Shown here: piece after piece, positions 9,556 to 18,830 of the stretch
Layout of the letters: every line of letters begins with the position of its first letter
Numbering within the stretch: the stretch's first letter is position 1
IMG/VR virus record: IMGVR_UViG_3300028800_000089
Location: 2,194 to 66,193 of that record
Strand: one strand, 5' to 3'
DNA: 64,000 nt
DNA from: a virus
Lineage: Duplodnaviria > Caudoviricetes
Position numbers and translations under genes: made by a program
The notes under the pieces: generated by a model
Database searches by the model: none
Seen by the model: the letters and a program-made list of their open reading frames with translations, nothing else
What the model was told of the DNA's origin: nothing

Positions 9556-9954
9556 TTGGGTCGATGCCTTGACATCGCGGTGCGTGAATTTGATCGGCAC
9601 CGTGCCGATACCTTCAAGCACTGGAGCTTTATCTTCCAAAAGGGCAAGCTACTGGAGTGGGGGCAGAACCGACTCGGGGATCCAACCGGGTTGAACAAGT
9701 TCGGGTACCGTAACGAACGACACTCCATTCACGCTGAAGCCATGGCCTACCGTAAAGCGCGGGGACTCCTGGATCGTAGGCGTGAATGGGTATGTGTTAA
9801 TGTCCGTTTGGGCTCAAAAAAGGAACCACGGGAGTCGTGCCCGTGTTCTCTGTGCCAGCACTACCTTTACTCCCTTGGTGGTCACGATTTCTGGTATACC
9901 ACTGACTCGGGTTGGTTCAAACGCCTTGACACAAGAATAAGTAAAACGAAATGA
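9556..9954 (+). CDS. Zn-dependent cytidine-deaminase-fold protein
   Basis: SIHAE and PCSLC motifs (HxE...PCxxC). Confidence 0.75.
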   Translation: MGRCLDIAVREFDRHRADTFKHWSFIFQKGKLLEWGQNRLGDPTGLNKFGYRNERHSIHAEAMAYRKARGLLDRRREWVCVNVRLGSKKEPRESCPCSLCQHYLYSLGGHDFWYTTDSGWFKRLDTRISKTK

Positions 9955-10202
9955 AGTTCTCTAACGATTCCGGGCATCTCTATCAATGCCCGGAGTGCAA
10001 GAAGAAGATTATTTCGATGTACCGACACGACTACGTAGACTGTGGCTGCCCTAACCATGCAATGATTGACGGTGGCTCAGCATACGAGCGTTGCGGTTGG
10101 AAAAATTCGCCTCCAGTACTGATCAAGTTGAATCCGCGTATCGCCGTTAGAAAAGCCGCATACACCACCAGAAAAGCCCTTCAGGGCTTCTTCAAGGACT
10201 AA
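9951..10202 (+). CDS. small Cys-rich phage protein
   Basis: CPEC...HDYV.CGC...IDGG..Y.R. Confidence 0.65.
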   Translation: MKFSNDSGHLYQCPECKKKIISMYRHDYVDCGCPNHAMIDGGSAYERCGWKNSPPVLIKLNPRIAVRKAAYTTRKALQGFFKD

Positions 10203-10586
10203 CATGTCAAAATACCCACCGAAGAAGGATAACCCCGGTGTCGTCGTTACGTCGATGCCGCCATCGGCGCGAGAGGCCCATAAGCGCATGAGGAACGCCC
10301 TCAAGCTCTCCGGCAAGCTCTCCCTGAAGGAAGTCACCAGAATCCGGCGTGACCGCCGCGACATGGGACGTGTGTGAACACAGTATTCTGGATCAGTTGG
10401 AGCCGATAGGAGACGTTTACGACTTGCTAGTTAAAGCCGAGAAGATCCTGCGAAAACACCCCAACGAAGCCAAGTACTTGGGGCTCAAAGTATCTTCGCT
10501 GAGAGCCGATATACTTAAGCCTGCAAAGGCTATTAAGGAGGCATTCGAGAAGAGATTTTAATCCACTGCAAACACAAAGGAAACCA

Positions 10587-11093
10587 ATGAGACACACTGT
10601 AATCACGGAAGTTGCTCCGGCGCTTGTCGCCCATATCAACTCCGAACTGAACGAAGACATCGACGCAAACTTCACAACTGCACCGGCTCCCTTCCCCATG
10701 GACCCACCTTTTACCAAGGAGGAATGGGATATGGCTCGGGAGTATACCAAGGAGATCACGAGGGTTGGGCAGCTGATGCCCTACATCAAGTCCCTTGATA
10801 TCACGGTTCCACTGAGCAATCCCTCAGGGGAGTGGGATATCATTGCTGGTTTGATGGGAGCCTTCTTCTCCAGGACGAGGGGGCCTGGGTACCATGATGG
10901 TATCCCGACGCCACTGAGTGCCAAGAACATGAACAAGGCCAATGCCTCAGTTGATGGGCGTGTCCTGTTCATTCTGTCGCAGTGCATCTCTGATGCGCTA
11001 GTCAACAGTGGTACACAGAGATACATCGGTGGTTACATCGGTGATCCCTATGATGTCGCAGACAATATCCGTCGATGGATGAAGTCACTCTGA
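10587..11093 (+). CDS. hypothetical protein
   Basis: AAGGAA RBS, 168 aa. Confidence 0.65.
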   Translation: MRHTVITEVAPALVAHINSELNEDIDANFTTAPAPFPMDPPFTKEEWDMAREYTKEITRVGQLMPYIKSLDITVPLSNPSGEWDIIAGLMGAFFSRTRGPGYHDGIPTPLSAKNMNKANASVDGRVLFILSQCISDALVNSGTQRYIGGYIGDPYDVADNIRRWMKSL

Positions 11094-11103
11094 AGGAGTA
11101 GCC

Positions 11104-11439
11104 GTGGCTGAGATCAAGAAGCGTACGGGGCACAGCCCCGACGTCACCGAACGCAACAAGGCCAGACACAAGGAGCGCGAAAAGCGCAAGATGGCGTCTG
11201 GCCGCAAAGCCAAAGGAGGGCACCCCACGGTGACTTTCAAGGCTAACGTCGAGGCTGAGGACCAGCACCGACGGAGACAGCTCGATGCGAAGAATTACCG
11301 GAAGTACTGCACGATGCCGCCCCACTTGGTGCCCAAGAGCCTGAAAAAGCGGCTACGGGGCAAGGACTGGTTCGTACACCAGTCTATCAAAGAAAAGCTG
11401 AAGGAGGCTCACGAAGAGCCTGCTGCGGCCCAAGTCTAG
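11104..11439 (+). CDS. highly basic small protein
   Basis: AAGGAG RBS, GTG start; K/R-rich. Confidence 0.6.
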   Translation: MAEIKKRTGHSPDVTERNKARHKEREKRKMASGRKAKGGHPTVTFKANVEAEDQHRRRQLDAKNYRKYCTMPPHLVPKSLKKRLRGKDWFVHQSIKEKLKEAHEEPAAAQV

Positions 11440-11479
11440 ACGAATTATCCGTAGAACAAGGAACATCGTCTAGGGGCTA

Positions 11480-12100
11480 GTGTTGTCAAGCAATGAGGTG
11501 AATAGAACCATTCACAATCTAATTGCTACTGCTCTCTTCGATGAGCGTGTACCAGCTAAGCTGCTGCATCTCTTCGGAGGAGTACCGGTACAGGATTGCG
11601 GCATCGTCTGTCAGATGGAGAAGTTAGCGACGATTAAAGGCGACATTCTGGGTTCCGTGGTATTGAACAAGTGTAACATGCCGGCGTTCAAAGCGGCACG
11701 TACCGTGTTCAACATAATAGCCATAGATCTTGTCAATCGGATCCTCCGCATTGTCAAGTACGTCACGAAGTACCGCAAGGGACATAATGACGCAGGCTAT
11801 TTTCACAGAGAGTTCAAGCTTGCACGACTTGTACTCAGTATTGATAGAAGACATAACTGGCTCAGCCAGATGACTGTCGAGAGATTATGTGCCGCTGTAA
11901 ATGGCCTGAACACGTACTGTTCGGAAGCTTCTTTGCAGCGATCTCACACTTCGGAACTCTTAAATGATTTCCGGAGTCACGTTCGCAACCGCCCCAGGCG
12001 GAAGATATACAAAGCACATGAACAACAGCAGCATACTCACGTTCGAACTCCCGCAGGTCAGCAAAGACTGCAAGCCGGAATTCACCGCCAAGCGAGCTGA
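11480..12100 (+). CDS. hypothetical protein
   Basis: only long ORF filling 11.48-12.0 kb; 3' end overlaps next gene. Confidence 0.45.
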   Translation: MLSSNEVNRTIHNLIATALFDERVPAKLLHLFGGVPVQDCGIVCQMEKLATIKGDILGSVVLNKCNMPAFKAARTVFNIIAIDLVNRILRIVKYVTKYRKGHNDAGYFHREFKLARLVLSIDRRHNWLSQMTVERLCAAVNGLNTYCSEASLQRSHTSELLNDFRSHVRNRPRRKIYKAHEQQQHTHVRTPAGQQRLQAGIHRQAS

Positions 12101-12722
12101 GATCGTCGGCGGATTGATCACGAAAGCCATAAAGGAGCCGGATACCAAGTATGGTTTCCTTCTCCGGAATGGCGGTCAGGTCAAGGTGATTCTGGGTTTG
12201 AGCGGACACACGATCACGAAGGGATGTGGCCCCGAGGGGCTCCCTGAGGATCCCTATGAGCGGTCAAAGATTTGGTCCCAAGCTGCGAGAGATATGATCA
12301 GGGAGATGAACCTCCTGGTCCGCTATGGCCGTTGGGCGGCGGAAGTCGATCGTATCGAAACCATTACTGCTACAGACGAAAGGGAGAAGGCTACCGTGAA
12401 GCTGATGCAGCTCCATGGCACTGAGATCCCGGGGACCAGCTCTGGTGCGTTGCACCGCGTCATCGGTCGTTGTTTCAACATCAAGAAGTACTCTGAGATC
12501 CACGAGAAGCTGCTGAGTGAGTATAAGCGGCTTACCGTAACTGAGGCCCCAGCCGAGAAGGCGGAGGCTATTCAGGAGAAGCGTATCGATATCGTCACGG
12601 ACCCCACAGAGACGCCTGCTATCGCTATCCCGATGGAAGTTCAAGATGAACTGCTGGTAGCCCTCGAAGGTGCTGCCAGCGTGGCCTCCTTCTCGGGTAC
12701 GACCGAGGAAGAGACCAAGTAA
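12018..12722 (+). CDS. hypothetical protein with acidic tail
   Basis: ATG 12018 within ORF 11964..12722; start uncertain. Confidence 0.65.
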   Translation: MNNSSILTFELPQVSKDCKPEFTAKRAEIVGGLITKAIKEPDTKYGFLLRNGGQVKVILGLSGHTITKGCGPEGLPEDPYERSKIWSQAARDMIREMNLLVRYGRWAAEVDRIETITATDEREKATVKLMQLHGTEIPGTSSGALHRVIGRCFNIKKYSEIHEKLLSEYKRLTVTEAPAEKAEAIQEKRIDIVTDPTETPAIAIPMEVQDELLVALEGAASVASFSGTTEEETK

Positions 12723-12725
12723 GCT

Positions 12726-12813
12726 AGCCGCAAGGCTGCTCCAGATCACTCGATACGGTATTGCGGCCCCTGGCCGTGGTACTGTGTCCTGTGGTTTGGA
12801 GCAGCCTCTTTTT
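12726..12813 (+). ncRNA. long G.U-rich RNA hairpin followed by a U-tract (structured RNA, processing site or terminator)
   Basis: 12733-12749 pairs with 12791-12807 and 12752-12768 pairs with 12772-12788, both fully paired if G.U is allowed; CTTTTT follows. Confidence 0.65.
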
Positions 12814-12849
12814 ACTAGGACGTACTACGATGCGCTTTATTTTTTAGCT

Positions 12850-13149
12850 ATGACCAAAATCGTCAAAGACGGCATCTACTTAGATCCCGATCTATATATT
12901 CAGCTTGGATCACCGGGAATGATTAACTTCTTTGGTCACGTCAGAGACCTCTTGTTGGTCCCTAGCGTTGGACACCGGGTGACACAACGGAATAACAAAC
13001 CATTTCTCAGCACATCAGTTGCTGAACGCAAACTCATTAGGCCAGGTACTTATGAGGCTAAAATAGTCCATTTGTTTACCTGTGATGCCTATGTCATTGA
13101 AGGAGCAGCTATCCCGTACTCGGAGTCAGTAGATGAACGCTTTAAGTGA
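12850..13149 (+). CDS. hypothetical protein
   Basis: 3' part of ORF 12670..13149, downstream of the hairpin. Confidence 0.5.
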   Translation: MTKIVKDGIYLDPDLYIQLGSPGMINFFGHVRDLLLVPSVGHRVTQRNNKPFLSTSVAERKLIRPGTYEAKIVHLFTCDAYVIEGAAIPYSESVDERFK

Positions 13150-13865
13150 GAACATCTTCATTCAGGACCTGATTGCCAAGTGGGAAGACGAACTACTCTT
13201 CCTCGGTGATAGCGGTCATCCCAATTACCATGGACTCAAAAATGCCCTAACTGATTTGCAGAAGAAGTTAATCGAAGAGCAAAAGTACAACCACCAGCTA
13301 AGCATCGACGAAACCACGGACATGGATCCGGCTTACTTACATGCCTAAAGGGTTACAGTGATCAAACCAGGTTCATTTTCAATAGTACCAATAGAGGACT
13401 ACTACATCGTAAGGCGCGGCTCTTGGTGGTCTACTACATACGTATCACGTACGTTTGTAACAGACGAAGATGGCAATATACGCCTAGCATATTGCTGGGG
13501 CAAGCCACTAGACTCCGCTGCTATACTTGGAACTGTAGAGAAAGCTAAAGAGGCTATTAAAGAGGCCATTATCTACACCGGCATCTGCATTAAAGACAAG
13601 AACCGTATCAAGCGTATCCGTCAGTCCCGTAAAACCATCACCGTCCCACCGTGGAATAACCCATGAAGTCAGACAACGTCGATTTTGAAGATGCCGCAGC
13701 TCAGTACCAGGCTCTCGTAACGAGTGTCGCTACGACGCTGTGCCAGTACAACCGAGTAACCCGCGATATGCCGAGACAAGCCGAAATTGATAAGGCCACC
13801 CCCGTAGCCAAGAGCATTATCGGTAGCATCACCAAGTGGATCTACCAAGGCGAGGGCCGACGGTA

Positions 13866-14285
13866 ATGCCGTACGACGGTAAATACATCGCCGTTGATTT
13901 CGACGGCACCTGCGTCGATCATCGGTACCCCAATATAGGCGCCGACGTCCCGTACTGTGTCGATGTCCTACGACTACTTTCTGCCGCTGGTAAAAAGCTT
14001 ATCCTCAACACCATGCGTAGCGGTAAGGAACTACAAGACGCCGTAGATTGGTTTACTTATAAGGCAATTCCTCTTTACGGCGTTAACCACAACCCCGACC
14101 AGGATTCTTGGACAAAGAGCCCTAAGGTATACGCCGAGATTTACATAGATGACGCCGCATATGGGTGCCCGCTCGTTGAACGAGCGGCATTCCGTAGACC
14201 ATTCGTTGATTGGTATGAAGTAGCTAAGGATCTACTGGGCTATGTAAAGCCTGAGTGGACTCCGCAACAAGGATCGTTGATATGA
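13866..14285 (+). CDS. HAD-superfamily phosphatase
   Basis: IAVDFDGT motif I, T.R motif II, K...YIDD motifs III/IV. Confidence 0.85.
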   Translation: MPYDGKYIAVDFDGTCVDHRYPNIGADVPYCVDVLRLLSAAGKKLILNTMRSGKELQDAVDWFTYKAIPLYGVNHNPDQDSWTKSPKVYAEIYIDDAAYGCPLVERAAFRRPFVDWYEVAKDLLGYVKPEWTPQQGSLI

Positions 14286-14794
14286 CTAAAGCAAAACAAC
14301 AAGTCAGCGAAAGTGCATGGTCGCGAGCTATTAGAGAATCCGAGCAGGAGGTGTTTCGCCGTATAACTGGCTCGTATGATATTAGTGGTGAACACAATGA
14401 GTACAAATCCGGTAACTACAAAACCATAGAAGAGTTCGCTACGGCACGTCGCCGCGATGTACTCAAGCGCATCGAATTGTTTGAGGCAGCTGACGACGAA
14501 TACGTCAAGGCTCGTCAAACTTGTGATCAAGCCAATTTAGCCATATTTAACGATCGCAAAACCGTTAGTGACCGTGAGTACCAGGTACTACTGCAAGCAA
14601 TAGATGTTTGGAAAGAAGAGCGGACTGAGCGTGAGCGAGAACTTGCCGGCAAGATACCGCATATCGACGGTGGCAGACCGTTCCAAGAGGGTATTATACA
14701 CTACGCCGAACGGGCATTACTTCTACTGGATCAAGCACTAGAGAAACTAGCGATATGCCGAGAAGGTCTTAAAAAGGTGACTAATGGCGGATGA
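14282..14794 (+). CDS. hypothetical helical protein
   Basis: AAGGA RBS, ATGA coupling. Confidence 0.6.
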   Translation: MTKAKQQVSESAWSRAIRESEQEVFRRITGSYDISGEHNEYKSGNYKTIEEFATARRRDVLKRIELFEAADDEYVKARQTCDQANLAIFNDRKTVSDREYQVLLQAIDVWKEERTERERELAGKIPHIDGGRPFQEGIIHYAERALLLLDQALEKLAICREGLKKVTNGG

Positions 14795-15041
14795 TGCTGA
14801 CTACACCCTATTCCTGTGGCAGTGGTGCCCCATGTGCAAGGCACCATATATTGAGTGTCCGAAGTGTAAGAACAATACCTGTAGTGCCGGATTCGGAGAA
14901 GTAGACGGCAAAACCTGCCAGGTCTGCAATTTGGCGTATCAATACGCTCACCTGTGTTATGACAATGACCTAGCCCCTAAAACCAAGAAGCAAATAGCTT
15001 CTTTCAACAAGAAAATCCAAAAGAAAAACGGAGCCACGTAA
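14784..15041 (+). CDS. Cys-rich Zn-binding protein
   Basis: CPMC, CPKC, C...CQVC. Confidence 0.6.
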   Translation: MADDADYTLFLWQWCPMCKAPYIECPKCKNNTCSAGFGEVDGKTCQVCNLAYQYAHLCYDNDLAPKTKKQIASFNKKIQKKNGAT

Positions 15042-16240
15042 TGTCGTTCTTCGGCGTAACTAAAGAAACCATCGGTGCCATCGAGCCCATCAAGGGTGCT
15101 GACAGAATCGTCAAGGCAACCCTTAAAGGCATGGACCTATCATTCGTTGTATTGAAAGACCAATTCAAAGTCGGTGATGAGTGCGTCTATATCCCCCTAG
15201 ATGCCATTGTTCCCGATGCAGTTCTCGAAAAGATGGGTCTCCAGGGCAAGCTAGGGGGTCACGCTAAGAACCGCGTGAAGACCATTAAGCTGAAGGGTAC
15301 CTACTCTCAGGGTATCGCGACGGACCTATCCCTGATCAAGGATCTTCTGGCTAAGAAGAAAAGTCCAACGCCAGAGCAGATTACCGAGTTTCTGGGCGTT
15401 ACCAAATACGACCCCGAGAGCAAGAACGAGATCAAGGATACCCCAGAGCAGCAGGATCGCCGCACCAAGCGTTGGCCCTGGCATAAGAAGCTTCTCCGTA
15501 CGCTGTTTGGCTACGGCTTCACGAAGTGGCTCTACGGTAAACCGCCTGGCGTCTTGATTCCCCTCAATACCCTAGGACTGCCGGTTTACGATATCGAGGG
15601 CTGCAACCGCTATAAGGACCTCACTGAGTCCCTTATGGATAAGGAAGTCTGGATCTCGCTCAAGATCGAGGGTCAGAACGCAGCTGTGCTGTGCCGCAAA
15701 GGTAAGATCTACGTGAACCAGCGGCGGTTCACCATTGAGAAAGACAAGAATAACCCGCTATGGCAGATCGCTGAATCCCATGGGTTCATCAACTTGGCCA
15801 CGAAGCTCTACGCGGAGAAAAAGGAAGACGTTCTTATCTATTTCGAGGCCTGCGGCTCGAATAAGGGCGCCAGTGGTATCAGCGGCAACATTTATGGGTT
15901 CGACGAGTACAAGGGCTACATCTTCGACATCAAGATCGGTAACAAGTTCTTGAACATCGATGAGATCCACGCTGTTCTCGGTGACCACGGCATGATGTCA
16001 TACCTAGTACCAGTACTGGCAGCCAATATCAAGCTATCGGAGTGGCTGAAGTACCTGAGTCTGCCGTCAGTCGAGAAGGCTGCTGAGCAGAAGAGCATCC
16101 TCAACAAGAATGGGAACTGTCTAGAGGAAGGTATCGTGATTCACCCCATGGAAGAGCAGTACGCCCACGAGCTAGGCGGTCGTCTGATTTTGAAGTACCG
16201 TTCAAAGGCGTATTTGGCTGCTAAGGGCGACGATGAGTAA
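15041..16240 (+). CDS. ATP-dependent RNA ligase (DRB0094/Rnl5-like, N-terminal OB-like domain)
   Basis: N-terminal IEPIKGADRI; nucleotidyltransferase motifs KIEG, FEACG, FDI, EGIVI, LKYRS. Confidence 0.85.
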   Translation: MSFFGVTKETIGAIEPIKGADRIVKATLKGMDLSFVVLKDQFKVGDECVYIPLDAIVPDAVLEKMGLQGKLGGHAKNRVKTIKLKGTYSQGIATDLSLIKDLLAKKKSPTPEQITEFLGVTKYDPESKNEIKDTPEQQDRRTKRWPWHKKLLRTLFGYGFTKWLYGKPPGVLIPLNTLGLPVYDIEGCNRYKDLTESLMDKEVWISLKIEGQNAAVLCRKGKIYVNQRRFTIEKDKNNPLWQIAESHGFINLATKLYAEKKEDVLIYFEACGSNKGASGISGNIYGFDEYKGYIFDIKIGNKFLNIDEIHAVLGDHGMMSYLVPVLAANIKLSEWLKYLSLPSVEKAAEQKSILNKNGNCLEEGIVIHPMEEQYAHELGGRLILKYRSKAYLAAKGDDE

Positions 16241-16480
16241 AAGTCTCGCTCAGGCCGCTGGGGCATTGACAATGGTTGAGCTGGATAACTGCTCAGATGA
16301 GTTTCGAAAAGGCTTTATCTGCGCCCTAGATTTTCTGGATGGCACCGAGGGGGGTTTACAGCATTTGGAGACGCCCAAGGATAAGCGCTGGACTATTATT
16401 TCTATAAACGGAAATGATAGCAATGAGACTTATCGGATAAAGCGTGGTCGTGCTATGTTTGACAGATTTGGCTGCACTGT

Positions 16481-16747
16481 ATGAGTAAGCCACCGACTAA
16501 AGAGCTGACACACGAGTTGATGAAGATGCAGTTCAAGGTCATAGGGCTGAACTATGACCCCGAATTCTGTAAGACCGAGAAGTGGTATACCACACACTCG
16601 TGGACCAAAGAAGAGAAGGCCGAATTTAAGAAGCAGTTCACTAAGCGGCTGCGGGAGTTTGGCTGGGCTCTAACGAGGATTAATCAAGAGTTCATGTGGT
16701 GGGATCTAGCTTATGGTTGGAAAGATGCCCACAGTAAAGCCGCTTAA
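16481..16747 (+). CDS. hypothetical phage protein
   Basis: ATGA coupling; Trp-rich. Confidence 0.6.
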   Translation: MSKPPTKELTHELMKMQFKVIGLNYDPEFCKTEKWYTTHSWTKEEKAEFKKQFTKRLREFGWALTRINQEFMWWDLAYGWKDAHSKAA

Positions 16748-17109
16748 GGCTTCCCGCTCGGCCGTTGTACGGTGCATCGTCCATAGTTATCATAACGTGG
16801 ACGGTGCCCGGGAGTTCGAGATATTCTATCAGGAGCATGTTAATCTAGACTTTATTGTAGGCGCTAAGCATGACTGGGTCACCGAAGAACTTGCCAGTGA
16901 GATAGATGTTATTCTCGATGACATATTCCATGAGCATCTCCGTGAAATCGATGAGTTCTATGCCGAAGTAGTATCACCTATGTTCGTCAGGTACTACACG
17001 AAAGAAACGATAGAAGGCACAGAGCGGAGATTCGAGTGTTGGCACAAGAATGCCAAGGTCAAACGTATTACTGAAGCCGAAGCTGAACAATACCTAACTA
17101 AGGAATACA

Positions 17110-17343
17110 GTGGCTAAACCACAGATATACGTTACTTCCCCGAAACCGGACGAAGATAATTTAAGCGGATCCGATATGAGTGATTTCAATGTATTCACTG
17201 ATCTAACGTCCGCTAAGGGCGATGCCTATGAATTGCTGGACTCCTGTGATATCGACGACATGGAGGAGGCTATCATTTACAAGCTAGTCCCGATCCTCTC
17301 CATTTCACGGGCTAAGACACAGTACGTCGAGAAGAAGCTGTAA
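17110..17343 (+). CDS. small protein, paralog of next gene
   Basis: L..AK..A.E.L...IYKLVP.L shared with 17343..17570. Confidence 0.65.
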   Translation: MAKPQIYVTSPKPDEDNLSGSDMSDFNVFTDLTSAKGDAYELLDSCDIDDMEEAIIYKLVPILSISRAKTQYVEKKL

Positions 17344-17570
17344 TGCCTCACGAGATGTTTATCGTCTCCAATGAGCCACTAACACTAGAAGGTGGCGTCA
17401 ACATTGAAGACGTAGCTGGGTCATTGAAGCAAGCCAAGGATTGGGCGAAAGAGGAGTTGCTGAATCATTACGATGGCGACAACTGTGGTCGCTACATCTA
17501 TAAATTGGTGCCGGTATTGAAGGTCTACCGTGAAGAGCAACCACCCAAGATCACCGAAGTAAAACCCTAA
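17343..17570 (+). CDS. small protein, paralog of previous gene
   Basis: TAATG coupling; YIYKLVPVL. Confidence 0.65.
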   Translation: MPHEMFIVSNEPLTLEGGVNIEDVAGSLKQAKDWAKEELLNHYDGDNCGRYIYKLVPVLKVYREEQPPKITEVKP

Positions 17571-17578
17571 GGAACACC

Positions 17579-17860
17579 ATGACCACCAAGATCTACGACG
17601 AACCCATTCACATTGTTACCACGTCGATCATCGACGCCCCCAGCATGCTGCCGAAGACCGACCCGATTCTTGTGAAGTACTACGTAGACCACTGGGATCC
17701 CAGCAGCCTCTACGTTCCCGACGAGGTATTCGAGGCCATCAAGTGCAACCCCTCTAGGGATCACATGATCCGCGCTCACAAGGCAGCCCAAGCCATCCTG
17801 ACTGAGGATGAGCCGGAGCCAGTCGAGGTTGAGGAAGAAGTCTATGAGTCATCGTTCTAA
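17579..17860 (+). CDS. hypothetical protein
   Basis: AAGGAA RBS. Confidence 0.6.
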   Translation: MTTKIYDEPIHIVTTSIIDAPSMLPKTDPILVKYYVDHWDPSSLYVPDEVFEAIKCNPSRDHMIRAHKAAQAILTEDEPEPVEVEEEVYESSF

Positions 17861-18344
17861 GCTTATTTCAAAGAGCATAGCGTTATTGAAAGAGATCCGG
17901 AAGGTAGAGAAGCAGGAAAAGGCCCTCTACGCTAGACGGTTTAAACTCCAATCGATATTCGATAAGAAACTCGGTACACTCATTTTGGAGACTAACGCGC
18001 TGGCCAACTACAATTGGTACGCCTCAACGACGCAGTTCTGGTTGGGCTCACAGCTAAGTGATGTCCGTAATAGCAAACTCATCGAATTCAAGGAGTTGAT
18101 GTACGACGACCACCATGGGTTAAACGCTCAGTTCTGGGATAATACCGTCGGCTTACGGATCTGGGATAACAACATCGATCTCAACTTCCATGACGGTGAG
18201 ACGATGGCTCGGTTCATTATCGAGAACAAGCTCACCGTTGACACCAAGCGGCTCGATGAGGTTATCTCCAAGTTCCAAGCCGATCTAGAGGGATACCTCC
18301 AGGCTCAGCGCTATGCCAAGCCGCTCTGGGTAGACCGTGATTAA
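17844..18344 (+). CDS. hypothetical protein
   Basis: ATG 17844 within ORF 17808..18344. Confidence 0.6.
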   Translation: MSHRSKLISKSIALLKEIRKVEKQEKALYARRFKLQSIFDKKLGTLILETNALANYNWYASTTQFWLGSQLSDVRNSKLIEFKELMYDDHHGLNAQFWDNTVGLRIWDNNIDLNFHDGETMARFIIENKLTVDTKRLDEVISKFQADLEGYLQAQRYAKPLWVDRD

Positions 18345-18530
18345 TCTGTGCCGCATTCTGACGATGCCAAAAGCACAACAAGAGGCTATTATTACTATGG
18401 GGCCACGCTACGAATTAGTATCGTTCGAAGATGATGGAACCGCCAATCTGTCTCACGTCGAATGGGGCGATACCGTACACGTAAGGACAGACGGTAAATT
18501 CGCCGTCCACGATATGATGGGAAGACCTAA

Positions 18531-18815
18531 ATGACTAAGAAACTATTCAAAGTCGTCTGTACCCGTGAAGAGACTATTTACGTTGCCGCCGATAGTCACG
18601 AGGAAGCTGAGAATTGGGCACAGAAGCATCCCGATGAATGGGAGGAAGACGTAAACAATCCGTTCTGGGATGCCCAGGCATTCGATGCCAAGGAGCCATT
18701 AGCAGACGGCTGGACCGGCGGCAGCCTGTGCTACGGCGAGCACTGCAACAGGTATAGACCACAGAAGAACCGCGATGTCATGTGCCAAACAGTGCTAGAT
18801 GGGAAACTTGAGTAA
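18531..18815 (+). CDS. hypothetical phage protein
   Basis: ATGA coupling; V.A.S.EEA..WA pattern. Confidence 0.6.
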   Translation: MTKKLFKVVCTREETIYVAADSHEEAENWAQKHPDEWEEDVNNPFWDAQAFDAKEPLADGWTGGSLCYGEHCNRYRPQKNRDVMCQTVLDGKLE

Positions 18816-18830
18816 TTAAGGGATTAAATA

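Noticed and set aside
11436-11473. 8-bp inverted repeat CTAGACGA/TCGTCTAG
   Set aside because: Short stem with a 22-nt loop and no U-tract; compatible with chance.
12030-12060. tRNA-like GTTCGAACTCCC T-arm motif
   Set aside because: It lies inside coding sequence and I could not build a cloverleaf; no tRNA gene was recognised by eye anywhere in the window.
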